32,000 nt of DNA from the NCBI GenBank assembly GCA_964589775.1, contig CAZPUN010000013.1:38515-70514 (forward strand), given 5' to 3'. The stretch comes from an uncultured archaeon. Lineage in GTDB: Archaea > Asgardarchaeota > Thorarchaeia > Thorarchaeales > CAZPUN01. A program made the position numbers and the translations under genes. Below the pieces are notes generated by a model. That model had not been told where the DNA came from, made no database searches, and worked only from the letters and a program-made list of their open reading frames with translations. Below, piece after piece: positions 1 to 8,913 of the stretch (positions within the stretch are counted from its first letter, which is position 1; each line of letters begins with the position of its first letter).

Positions 1-664
1 TTTTATTTTGAATAATATATTCTGCAATTCTTTTAATTGGGTCTTCACAGGGTATTTCAAATCCGTTTCTATCATAAACTCTATATTGTGGACCACAATT
101 AGTGCAACATGTGGTTTGCGCATGAAATCGTCTATCTAACGGATCTGTATATTCTTTATAACACTCATCACAAAATGGAAAATCCTTCATTGTCGTATTT
201 GGCCTATCATAAGGTAGTTGAGTTATAGTTGTAAATCTTGGTCCACATTCTGCACATGAAGTAAATGGATATCTATATCTTCTATATTCATTTTTTGAGA
301 ATAATTCTGAAATGCACTTATTACAAATTGCTATGTCGGGTGGAAATATTGGTGTTTTTGATTTTTTATTTTCATCTGATTTTATAATATTAAATTTATT
401 ATACCTTTTATTTTTTATATTTTTATTAAATTTAATAATTTTATTATCTATCCTTCCAATTGATGGAATGTCATTTTCTAATTGATATAAGAATTTCTCA
501 ATATCTTGAAAATCCCCTTCAACAACAATTTTTACTTTTCCATCGCCAGTATTTTTTACATATCCTGTTAAATTATTCTTTATAGCGATCCTATATACAA
601 AGGGTCGGAATCCAATTCCTTGTACTATTCCTGTAACTTCTATATCTGCTCTAGTTTGCACCAC
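1..664 (-). CDS. hypF: Hydrogenase maturation carbamoyltransferase HypF (5' part; runs off the window start)
   Basis: Manual translation from GTG at 664: acylphosphatase domain (VTGIVQGIGFRPFVYR), then PPDIAICNKC, YPFTSCAECGPRFT, FPFCDEC and RRFHAQTTCCTNCGP zinc-finger motifs. Not in the ORF track because it is truncated. Confidence 0.95.
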   Translation of the reverse strand, partial: MVQTRADIEVTGIVQGIGFRPFVYRIAIKNNLTGYVKNTGDGKVKIVVEGDFQDIEKFLYQLENDIPSIGRIDNKIIKFNKNIKNKRYNKFNIIKSDENKKSKTPIFPPDIAICNKCISELFSKNEYRRYRYPFTSCAECGPRFTTITQLPYDRPNTTMKDFPFCDECYKEYTDPLDRRFHAQTTCCTNCGPQYRVYDRNGFEIPCEDPIKRIAEYIIQNK

Positions 665-812
665 AATTCCTCATTTCTATGATTTTTACTAATATTTATT
701 GCGATAAATTAAAATGTATTCCGATTGTAATACATAAAATAAAATTATAATTTCCAATAAATTTATTTGAAATAATAAAATTAATAATTTAATTATATTT
801 AATAGGAGAGAT

Positions 813-1784
813 GTGGTTGCAATGATTATAGATGAATCTGCATTTTTCAAGCATTTTAACGTACGTAAGGAGACAATACAAAAGTGGCATAATAAAGTAG
901 GTTTTTCGTCCTCCCCGTTTAAAGGATTCAAAATGCCTGACCCTAGATTATATGTTGAGCACTCCGAATTTTTGGATGAAATGGTTGATATTATTATCAC
1001 AAATGAACGACATATATTTTTAAGAGGTCCTATCGGTATTGGAAAATCAACTCTAATGCTTTTAGCTTTGAGAGACCTTCCAAATCTAACAGATAGACGT
1101 GGTCGTGAATTTGTTGTTGGCTATGTTGGTATGACGGGCTTATACGAAAAGCAAATGGCAGCTGCAATAGCTAATGCTTTGCGTATTAAATATAAACGAA
1201 GCTGGGAATCGCAACAAATTATTGATGAAATAGCTAAAGTTACACTGAAACGATATATTGAAGAAAACAAAAGATCTGTACTGTTTATTGAAGATGTAGC
1301 TGATAATCAAGAAAACAGTTTTCATAAACTTAGATATTTAGCAGATCTTCCATCGCAAGAAATGATTGATGAATATCATATTGATGAACCAATTATTACT
1401 CTTGTTATGAGTGGTACTCCCGAATATTGGTCTGCAATGGTTAACTTCTTACCACAAATTGCAGATCGTACAGAACCTCTAGACGTTCCCCCAATGAATG
1501 TTGATCAAACAAAAGAATTCATCGGGCGTCGTATATATTATGCTCGGGGTGATTTAGATAATTTTGACCCTAACGATTATGACCTTTATCCCTTTGAGGT
1601 AGAGGCTGTTGAAGTTCTACATGATGCAGCAAAGGGTGTGCCTCGTGATATTCGAATGTTGGGTCGTGCATGTGAGCAACTAGCGGCTGAGAATTATAAA
1701 AATACTAATGACCCTGTCATATCCCAGAAAATTGCTGAATTGGTTGCTGAAGCATATCAATCAATTTTTGAGGAGGTTAAATAA
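813..1784 (+). CDS. ExeA/GspA-like AAA+ ATPase of unknown function
   Basis: N-terminal GFSSSPF, Walker A GPIGIGKS, deviant Walker B VLFIED, sensor-1 VMSGT, Arg-finger QIADR, lid motif GVPRDI. Confidence 0.8.
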   Translation: MVAMIIDESAFFKHFNVRKETIQKWHNKVGFSSSPFKGFKMPDPRLYVEHSEFLDEMVDIIITNERHIFLRGPIGIGKSTLMLLALRDLPNLTDRRGREFVVGYVGMTGLYEKQMAAAIANALRIKYKRSWESQQIIDEIAKVTLKRYIEENKRSVLFIEDVADNQENSFHKLRYLADLPSQEMIDEYHIDEPIITLVMSGTPEYWSAMVNFLPQIADRTEPLDVPPMNVDQTKEFIGRRIYYARGDLDNFDPNDYDLYPFEVEAVEVLHDAAKGVPRDIRMLGRACEQLAAENYKNTNDPVISQKIAELVAEAYQSIFEEVK

Positions 1785-2083
1785 TGCCCACTGTATTAGG
1801 AAAATATCGGAAAGAGGTATTAGAGCCTCCTGAGAAAAAAACAACTCATGTATCAAAAGAACCTACAAAAACTAAAGTAACTGCAAAAAAACGAGGTCGA
1901 AAGCCTATTCCTGATAAACGTGTGATTTTTACATGTAGTATCGAATCTGATTTATTAGAATGCCTTAAAACCATTAGTAAAGAACAGTTTTTAAATTTAA
2001 GTCGATGGACTGAACAGAAATTAATTCAAGCGGTTATTCGTGAATTTCCAGAATATGCAGAAAAATATGGAATTAAAAAATAA
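1784..2083 (+). CDS. Small basic DNA-binding protein: Lys-rich tail with AT-hook-like KKRGRKP and a probable ribbon-helix-helix C-terminus
   Basis: TAATG stop/start overlap with the ATPase; strand KRVIFTCSI followed by two amphipathic helices (ESDLLECLKTISKEQ, NLSRWTEQKLIQAV). Confidence 0.65.
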   Translation: MPTVLGKYRKEVLEPPEKKTTHVSKEPTKTKVTAKKRGRKPIPDKRVIFTCSIESDLLECLKTISKEQFLNLSRWTEQKLIQAVIREFPEYAEKYGIKK

Positions 2084-2226
2084 ATTTATTATTGTTTATA
2101 TTTTTATTATTTTTATTTTTTATATTATTTTTATTATTCCTATTATTAATAATCTTTACACAATATTTTTATGTATATTATATTATCCAAAAATTGTTAG
2201 TGAATTACTACTGGAGTGATATATCA

Positions 2227-2493
2227 ATGGAAAATCGTGCACTAAGTATCATGAAATCCTTTGCGGTACTAATGGGGCTTGCATCATTAGCTGGTATTGG
2301 TATATTTTTTGTATTTGACATTGCATTAACTATAAAATCAATGAGTCTTCCATGGCTAGCCATATATTCATTTGTAATTACCTTTGCAAGTATCAAGCTT
2401 ATGGAAGAAAATCCATCAAAAAGCTATTTTAATCAATGGATTATTGGATTAGTCTTTGGAGCATTTCTAGTGGCTTTAATATTCATTGTGTAA
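2227..2493 (+). CDS. Hypothetical membrane protein (88 aa, about 3 TM helices)
   Basis: ATG at 2227 with GGAGTGA upstream; three hydrophobic segments. Confidence 0.7.
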   Translation: MENRALSIMKSFAVLMGLASLAGIGIFFVFDIALTIKSMSLPWLAIYSFVITFASIKLMEENPSKSYFNQWIIGLVFGAFLVALIFIV

Positions 2494-2509
2494 AAAGGAG
2501 GATTTTTAA

Positions 2510-3145
2510 TTGTCTAAAGTTCTACCTGGTACAAAAGCAACGCGTATGGAATTACTTAGATTAAAGACACGACTGAAATTAGCGAATCGTGGTCATGATC
2601 TTTTAAAGGAAAAGCGCGATGCTTTGATTATGGAATTCTTTAATGTAATTGAGGATGTTAAAAAAGCCAGACATGAAGTTAATGTTGCATTAGAAAATGC
2701 ATTTAGAGCATTGACACGCGCTAAAATGTCTATGGGTGTTACAAAACTAGCAGAAACCGCAATGCAAATGGATGTTTCATTAAATCTTGAAACTTTTACA
2801 AAAAACATAATGGGTGTACGGACTCCTATCTACAAATTTACAAAAAAAGTTCCTGAGCTTCCATATAATCTTGTAGATACAAGTCCACAATTAGATGATG
2901 CAATTGATGAATTTAATGAGGCATTAAACAAAATTATCGTTCTTGCCGAAAAAGAATCTGAAGTTGAACGACTTGTTACAGAAATTGAAAGAACAAAGCG
3001 CCGAGTTAATGCATTAAAATATATTGTCATTCCCCGACTTGAAGCTACAGTTCGTTTTATTAAATTACAATTAGAAGAACATGAGCGAGAAGACTTCTTT
3101 AGACTTAAACGTGTCAAAGATATGCTCGAGGCGGGATCTGATTAA
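2510..3145 (+). CDS. atpD: A/V-type ATP synthase subunit D
   Basis: TRMELLRLK...A.RGH.LLKEKRDAL, NIMGV, EIERTKRRVNAL, EREDFFRLK; GGAGG RBS before TTG. Confidence 0.96.
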   Translation: MSKVLPGTKATRMELLRLKTRLKLANRGHDLLKEKRDALIMEFFNVIEDVKKARHEVNVALENAFRALTRAKMSMGVTKLAETAMQMDVSLNLETFTKNIMGVRTPIYKFTKKVPELPYNLVDTSPQLDDAIDEFNEALNKIIVLAEKESEVERLVTEIERTKRRVNALKYIVIPRLEATVRFIKLQLEEHEREDFFRLKRVKDMLEAGSD

Positions 3146-3155
3146 TCCCGCTTTT
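3131..3155 (+). terminator. Hairpin plus U-tract overlapping the atpD stop
   Basis: GCGGGAT-CTGATTA-ATCCCGC-TTTT between convergent atpD and nac. Confidence 0.5.
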
Positions 3156-3210
3156 ATTAAACTTATTACATATATTATTTTAAATAAAATTATTAAGAAA
3201 ATTATTTTTA

Positions 3211-3567
3211 TTATGATTTTAACATCATTATAGCTCGAGCTAAATCTCCATTAGTTTCTTCTAATGCTTTCTTTGCAGCTTCTGGCGAGGCACCTGTTTG
3301 TGCAACAACTAGTGAAATATCCTCTGGAGCTATTTCGATCTTTTCAGTTTCTTCTTTTTGAGTACTTATTCTCTCGGATTTCTTTCCAATTATTTGATAG
3401 ATTTCTTGACCGGCTTGTATAATTAATGAAATTTGCGGATTTTTTATAACCCATTCTTTACCTTCGAATTTAATAACGACCTCCTTTGCGCCTTCTACCT
3501 CTTTTGTTGAAATTCCCATTTGTTTCATTAGTCTTTTCATTTGTCTTGGGTTAAGACCTCTTGCCAT
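3211..3567 (-). CDS. nac: Nascent polypeptide-associated complex protein (aNAC)
   Basis: NPRQMKRLMKQMGI, NAC domain, UBA-like DISLVVAQTG...NGDLARAI; ATG at 3567 chosen from GGTGA RBS. Confidence 0.95.
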   Translation of the reverse strand: MARGLNPRQMKRLMKQMGISTKEVEGAKEVVIKFEGKEWVIKNPQISLIIQAGQEIYQIIGKKSERISTQKEETEKIEIAPEDISLVVAQTGASPEAAKKALEETNGDLARAIMMLKS

Positions 3568-3568
3568 T

Positions 3569-4423
3569 TTATTCACCTGATTTTTTTATACTAAAATCTA
3601 TAGCCATATGTTTTACATACGGAGAATAATTTTTTATAAATCGGTAATTTAATTTTATCATTTCATAATTTTTTATTTTTAATTGTTTATTTATATAATC
3701 TGTTATTTCATTTAATTGTTCATTATTGTGTACAGATATATGCATAATAATTCTTCCGCCTTGTTCCTTAAGACCTTTCAATGCTGCTTGAATATATCTA
3801 TGTGTTGAATGCAAATATCCCATAATTATTAAATCTGCTTTATTTGATGGGATTACTTTCCTTGAATCACCCAATATTGGTGTGATATTTTTTATTTTAT
3901 TTAATTTAATACCTTCTATCAAGTAATCGAATGCTTTTGGATTAATTTCGATTGAGATTACTTCCTTTGGTTTTGCGCCTATTGCAACAGGAAAACTAAA
4001 TTGCCCCACGCATGCAAACATATCAATAACAATCTTGTTTGGAAGATTCATGTTATATAATCTTAATCGTTCCCTTTGGTTTCCAAGTGAAAAAGTAATC
4101 TCAGTGGGATCCAGTACATACTTTATCCCATTTTCAATATGTACTGTTTTCGTAGATTCCTCGCCATATACTATTTCATATTTTACATTGCGGGTAATAT
4201 ATTGCGATTTTTCCTTTTGTATTGCTACAGTTCTAATTTTGTTATTCCATTCCTGAATTAGTTTTGAAATACTTACTATGTGGGGTTCTAATATGGGTTC
4301 TATTTTTAGTAGTGCAACATGTCCTATAATTTTAATAGTCTTTGGAAGTACTTCTAATTCTTTATCTGTCAGAATGTCCTGTAAATGTGTCTTTAGAAAT
4401 TTTTTTAATGGAATGTTTGTCAT
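3569..4423 (-). CDS. taw2: Trm5/Tyw2-family SAM-dependent tRNA-37 transferase, most likely Taw2
   Basis: IIGHVA, HIENG, FSLGN..ER, DMFACVGQF, EINP, and IMGY (Taw2-like rather than Trm5b MNLP). Confidence 0.75.
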   Translation of the reverse strand: MTNIPLKKFLKTHLQDILTDKELEVLPKTIKIIGHVALLKIEPILEPHIVSISKLIQEWNNKIRTVAIQKEKSQYITRNVKYEIVYGEESTKTVHIENGIKYVLDPTEITFSLGNQRERLRLYNMNLPNKIVIDMFACVGQFSFPVAIGAKPKEVISIEINPKAFDYLIEGIKLNKIKNITPILGDSRKVIPSNKADLIIMGYLHSTHRYIQAALKGLKEQGGRIIMHISVHNNEQLNEITDYINKQLKIKNYEMIKLNYRFIKNYSPYVKHMAIDFSIKKSGE

Positions 4424-4715
4424 GTTGATCTCCTACAAAACGTATTGAACCAAAGTTTTAAGAAGGTATTATGCGAAAGAATCATTTGAAATTAATCATC
4501 ATGGGATATGATAAAAAATCCCATTTGTATTACAATCATTAAAAATATCAATCTTAAGATAAATGCATAATTGATGATTTATGATTATCAATGATTTCAC
4601 AATGCATTGTGAATTGAATGATTGATAATTTCGTGATCATGCTACAAGAAATTGTGGGCAATCATATTTCAAATCAATTATATTATCATAATCACGCTTA
4701 TAGGAGAAAACTCGT

Positions 4716-5978
4716 ATGGGAACGGATTACGATGCTAGTTCAACAAAGTATGTTATAAAAGCGAGAATTGAAGTCGATGGGGTTGTTGAAAACCCTGATG
4801 TTATTGGTGCTATATTTGGTCAAACTGAAGGTCTTCTTGGTGAAGAACTTGACCTTCGTGAATTACAAAAATCCGGCCGTATTGGTCGTATACAAATAAG
4901 TATGAAATCCCAAGGCGGGCATAGCCGAGGTGAAATTATTATTCCATTAAGTATGGACCGTGTCGGAACTGCTATTCTGGCTGCATCTCTAGAAACAGTC
5001 GATCGAATAGGTCCCTGTTCTGCTAGGATTACTCTAGAAAAAATAGAGGATGTCCGAGATGCTAAACGAAAACGCATTATCGGGCGTGCTGTATCAATTC
5101 TTAAGAACTGGGAGGAACAAATCTCCCCAGGTGCGGACGAAATTACGGATGAAGTAATTAAAGCAGCTAGAATTAGTGATATTATACGATATGGTCCTGA
5201 AGGATTACCTGCTGGATCTGCAGTTGAGGAAAGTCCCTCAATTATTGTTGTTGAGGGTCGAGCCGATGTGCTTTTACTTCTTAAATATGGAATTAAGAAT
5301 GTAATTGCAGTGCAGGGTACTCATATTCCTAAGACAGTCATCGAACTTAGCAAACGAAAAAATGTTACGGCCTTTGTCGATGGTGATCGCGGCGGAGAAC
5401 TAATATTAAAAGAACTATTGCAAGTAGCAAATATTGATTATATTGCGCGAGCTCCCGAAGGAAAGGAAGTTGAAGACCTTTCTAAAAAGGAAGTTTTCGC
5501 CGCACTTCAAGCAAAAGTTCCGGCAGATCAATATTTCACGCATGAAAAGCGTCATATTCATCATGAGCGAAGAAAGAAAGAATCTACTATTGAGAAGCGT
5601 GAAACAAGATCCCGTGAAAAACCTGAGCCTAAAAAAGTCATTCAAAAAGTCAAAAAGGCAGTTCGTCCAAAGAAAGTATTAAAGTTTCCCATTGAAATTA
5701 TTGAAAAAGCAGAAAATATCAAAGAAACATTAACTGCAATTTTACTTTCAGATGATTATTCAGTAGTTGATACAATTCCTGTTGCTGAACTCGCTGAAAA
5801 ATTACAGAATATTGAACATGGTACAGTAAAAAGTATAATATTTGATGGTGTCATAACGCAACGATTAGTAGATATTGCAAGTTCAATCGGTGTAAAAACC
5901 ATAATTGGCGCTAGAATTGGTAATATTACAAAACGACCTATCAATCTTAAAATTGCGACATTTAAAGATCTTGAATGA
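4716..5978 (+). CDS. dnaG: Archaeal DnaG (TOPRIM; exosome-associated)
   Basis: DVIGAIFGQTEGLLG, LRELQKSGRIGRI, VVEGRADV, DGDRGGELI, FDGVITQRLVD. Confidence 0.97.
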   Translation: MGTDYDASSTKYVIKARIEVDGVVENPDVIGAIFGQTEGLLGEELDLRELQKSGRIGRIQISMKSQGGHSRGEIIIPLSMDRVGTAILAASLETVDRIGPCSARITLEKIEDVRDAKRKRIIGRAVSILKNWEEQISPGADEITDEVIKAARISDIIRYGPEGLPAGSAVEESPSIIVVEGRADVLLLLKYGIKNVIAVQGTHIPKTVIELSKRKNVTAFVDGDRGGELILKELLQVANIDYIARAPEGKEVEDLSKKEVFAALQAKVPADQYFTHEKRHIHHERRKKESTIEKRETRSREKPEPKKVIQKVKKAVRPKKVLKFPIEIIEKAENIKETLTAILLSDDYSVVDTIPVAELAEKLQNIEHGTVKSIIFDGVITQRLVDIASSIGVKTIIGARIGNITKRPINLKIATFKDLE

Positions 5979-5998
5979 GATTAATGTGAGGTATTAAA

Positions 5999-7081
5999 TT
6001 GGAGGTCATCAAGAAGGATCTTAAGCATGGTATGATTACTCTCAAAATAACAACTCTTGATGACCTCTGGCATCTTTATAATATTATATTACCGGGTGAT
6101 TTTGTAACTTCAAAAACCGTTAGACGAATAAAGAGCTCTGATGAAGATGGAAAACCCGATAAGGGTAGCCGTAAGCCTATGACTCTTAAAATTCAAGTTG
6201 ATGATGTTAGTTTTCATGCATTTTCTAATAGGTTGAGAATTAAAGGTAAAATTGTTAGTGGTCCTGAAGATCTAATTTCAATTGGAACTTTTCATACTTT
6301 AAATATTGAAATTGGCAGTATTCTTACAATTGAAAAAGATGAGTGGCCTCGTTATTTACTTGAACGAATTGAACAATCTTCTAAATATAGTTCTAAACCT
6401 ATGGTACTGATTGTTACCATTGATGATGGTATTGCAGATCTTATCGTTGTTTCTGAGTATGCCTTAAGAACAGTTCTAAGTATTTCACGCTCTATAACTG
6501 GAAAACGAGGTGAATTAAAAGACCGCGAATCTGCCATTGAAGAATTTTTCAAAGAATTATTACAAGGAATTAAACAAGTATTAAAGAATTATAAAATTGA
6601 CTTAATTGTGGTTGCAGGTCCTGGATTTACTAAGGAACACTTTGTAGAATTTTTAAAACAAAATAAGCACAATTTTCCACAAATAATTATGGATTTTGTT
6701 AGTAATGTTGGTATTCCTGGTGCAAAGGAAGTTCTTAGTAGAGGAATTATTTCTCAGGCAGTTGAAGGCTTACGTATTGAGCGTGAAACTCAATTACTTG
6801 ATGAATTATTAATGCATATCGGAAAAGAAGATGGAAAAGCTGCATATGGTACTGAATATGTAATGCGGGCAGCTCAAATTGGTGCAGTTTCCGTATTGTT
6901 ATTAATAGACAAGTTACTTAGAACTAATGATCCAGATAAACGCCGCTTTTTTGATGAATTAATAAAATTAGTTGAATCTTCTGCAGGCGATGTTGTTATT
7001 ATGAGTACTGAGCATCCTTCAGGAAAACAATTGGAAGCTCTTTCTGGTGTTGCAGCAATTCTAAGATTCCCCATTGAGTGA
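5999..7081 (+). CDS. pelA: mRNA surveillance protein Pelota
   Basis: LDDLWHLYNII.PGD, RLRIKG, HTLN, AGPGFTK, AAYG, GVAAILRF. Confidence 0.96.
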   Translation: MEVIKKDLKHGMITLKITTLDDLWHLYNIILPGDFVTSKTVRRIKSSDEDGKPDKGSRKPMTLKIQVDDVSFHAFSNRLRIKGKIVSGPEDLISIGTFHTLNIEIGSILTIEKDEWPRYLLERIEQSSKYSSKPMVLIVTIDDGIADLIVVSEYALRTVLSISRSITGKRGELKDRESAIEEFFKELLQGIKQVLKNYKIDLIVVAGPGFTKEHFVEFLKQNKHNFPQIIMDFVSNVGIPGAKEVLSRGIISQAVEGLRIERETQLLDELLMHIGKEDGKAAYGTEYVMRAAQIGAVSVLLLIDKLLRTNDPDKRRFFDELIKLVESSAGDVVIMSTEHPSGKQLEALSGVAAILRFPIE

Positions 7082-8197
7082 AAGTGCATCTAGTGGAATA
7101 AATTGTGTTTGAAGTCGGTCCCATGTTGGATATTCTTCGGCAATTCCTATCTCAAAATCGATGTTGTGCTGTTCAAGTATTTGCTTTATCTCATTACCTA
7201 AGTTTTCTATTATTTTTGGTGTTGTTTCGATTCTATTTCTTTTCTCATTAAATACAAATAGTTCATTTGGAATTCCAAACTCATTCTTGATTTGATTTAT
7301 TAAATCATTAATATTTAATATTCCTATTATTTTTATTATTCCTAATATCAGCAATCCTTCATCGGTTATTTGTTCATATTCTTTTGCAATATTTTTAGCT
7401 CTACGTTTCAAGCGATTTCTTAATTGGGTTCCATCTTTTAATTTACTAGTACAATAATGTACATTTAGTTTCTTCAATCGTTTTGATGCCCATTTTAAAA
7501 ATTCCATAGCTGTCTCATTACTTTCCTTTATAGCTGCTGATATATCATCTTTCATGAGATATCCTCTTTTTACCATATTTTCAAAATTAGTCTCACTATA
7601 TTCGAGTTCATTTAAATTTAGAAATTTCACACCTCTCAATTCTGCTCTAATTGCTATACGTTGCAAGTATTCTAAGGTTCCAGGTAGAACTGGTATTTCA
7701 ATTCCAACGTCCATTTTTGTTTGAAGTGCTAGTTCAATTGCATGCCATGTTCCTGAGCGAATATGAAAGCGAATTTCATCTAATCCTGCAGATTCTAAAT
7801 CTTTAATTATTTTACGTGTTAATTTTCTTCCGGTTGTATATAGATGAATATGAAAATTCTTTCCAAATGTTTCCTTTAATAATCGAATATATTTTATAGT
7901 TCTTTCAATTCTTTCTAATGGATCTCCTCCGGTTATACTTGCACCCTCAGCTGATATCATTTTTGATTCATATATTATGTCCTCCTCACTTTCTACTGGC
8001 ATTTCATCAGCAAAAATAACATCCTTGTTTTTACGTTCTTCTGATAAGGGACAATAGAAGCATCTTTCAGAACAAATACCAGTTACAAATAGGACCATTT
8101 TTGCACCTTTAATACACAATTTGCATCCTTCTGGTAACTCTCCGATGTAGTATGAATTTCCCTCTGTTTCTTTAATCTCTCGGGTCATTTTAATCAT
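7061..8197 (-). CDS. Conserved archaeal radical SAM protein (COG2108-like)
   Basis: LPEGCKLCIKGAKMVLFVTGIC, CxxxCxxC (CSERCFYC), ITGGDP, GLDEIRFH, NLNELE. Confidence 0.9.
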   Translation of the reverse strand: MIKMTREIKETEGNSYYIGELPEGCKLCIKGAKMVLFVTGICSERCFYCPLSEERKNKDVIFADEMPVESEEDIIYESKMISAEGASITGGDPLERIERTIKYIRLLKETFGKNFHIHLYTTGRKLTRKIIKDLESAGLDEIRFHIRSGTWHAIELALQTKMDVGIEIPVLPGTLEYLQRIAIRAELRGVKFLNLNELEYSETNFENMVKRGYLMKDDISAAIKESNETAMEFLKWASKRLKKLNVHYCTSKLKDGTQLRNRLKRRAKNIAKEYEQITDEGLLILGIIKIIGILNINDLINQIKNEFGIPNELFVFNEKRNRIETTPKIIENLGNEIKQILEQHNIDFEIGIAEEYPTWDRLQTQFIPLDALSLNGES

Positions 8198-8913
8198 ATC
8201 CTTGTTTCTCTTTTGTAAATTGTTCTTCTAATTGCAGGGTCTCTATCTAATACTTTTTTTAGTGCACTTTCAAAACTTTCATTTTCTGATAATCTATATT
8301 TTAGATAAACACCGGTGCGTCCAATATTATTTCGGCGTGTTAAAACTCGAATTCTCTCATCAATAATTTTTTTGTTTACACCTATTAACTTTGATGCAAG
8401 TAATTCATTTCCGATCAAAGAGAATTCTTCATGTCCAAAATTTTTTGGATTTATTACAAGTAAGCGTTTATCAATACCTGGAACTCGTACTCCTGTTGTT
8501 AATTGAGATAAATCGAGTAGTCCTCCGAATTTATAAAATTCATATTCAAGACTTCGCATCTTTATTAATGGAAAGACTATCGTAATATTATCTGACATAT
8601 GAAGTTCTGCTTTTAATACATGAGATGGTGTTGCTTGTACAATATATCGTTCTTCATAATCAATTATTGTTTCTATTTTAAACGATGAGATCTTTTGAAA
8701 AATAATGATATCAATATCGCTGTTTTTTGATACATCGCCTCTAGCAACACTTCCATAGACGTATCCCTTAATTCCATTTATCTCTAGAGTCTTCAGTATT
8801 TCAATTGCCTTATTTCTATATTGCTCTAATTGATTCCATCTTTCTTTTGTATATTTTATTTGTTTAAAATATCCCGCTCTAATTATTTGTTCTCTCAAAA
8901 AATCACCATTCAA
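8194..8913 (-). CDS. Pol-beta superfamily nucleotidyltransferase (COG2413-like)
   Basis: YGSVARGDV..NSDIDI, IVQATP, EFYKFGG, RVPGIDKRL, GRTGV. Confidence 0.88.
   Translation of the reverse strand: MNGDFLREQIIRAGYFKQIKYTKERWNQLEQYRNKAIEILKTLEINGIKGYVYGSVARGDVSKNSDIDIIIFQKISSFKIETIIDYEERYIVQATPSHVLKAELHMSDNITIVFPLIKMRSLEYEFYKFGGLLDLSQLTTGVRVPGIDKRLLVINPKNFGHEEFSLIGNELLASKLIGVNKKIIDERIRVLTRRNNIGRTGVYLKYRLSENESFESALKKVLDRDPAIRRTIYKRETRI

Noticed and set aside
813-2083. Tn7/Mu/IS21-type mobile element or classical ParA/SegA system
   Set aside because: No transposase, integrase or terminal repeats seen; Walker A is not the KGGxGKT ParA type
2092-2226. Hydrophobic N-terminal extension of ORF 2092..2493
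   Set aside because: T-rich low-complexity intergenic sequence; RBS supports ATG 2227
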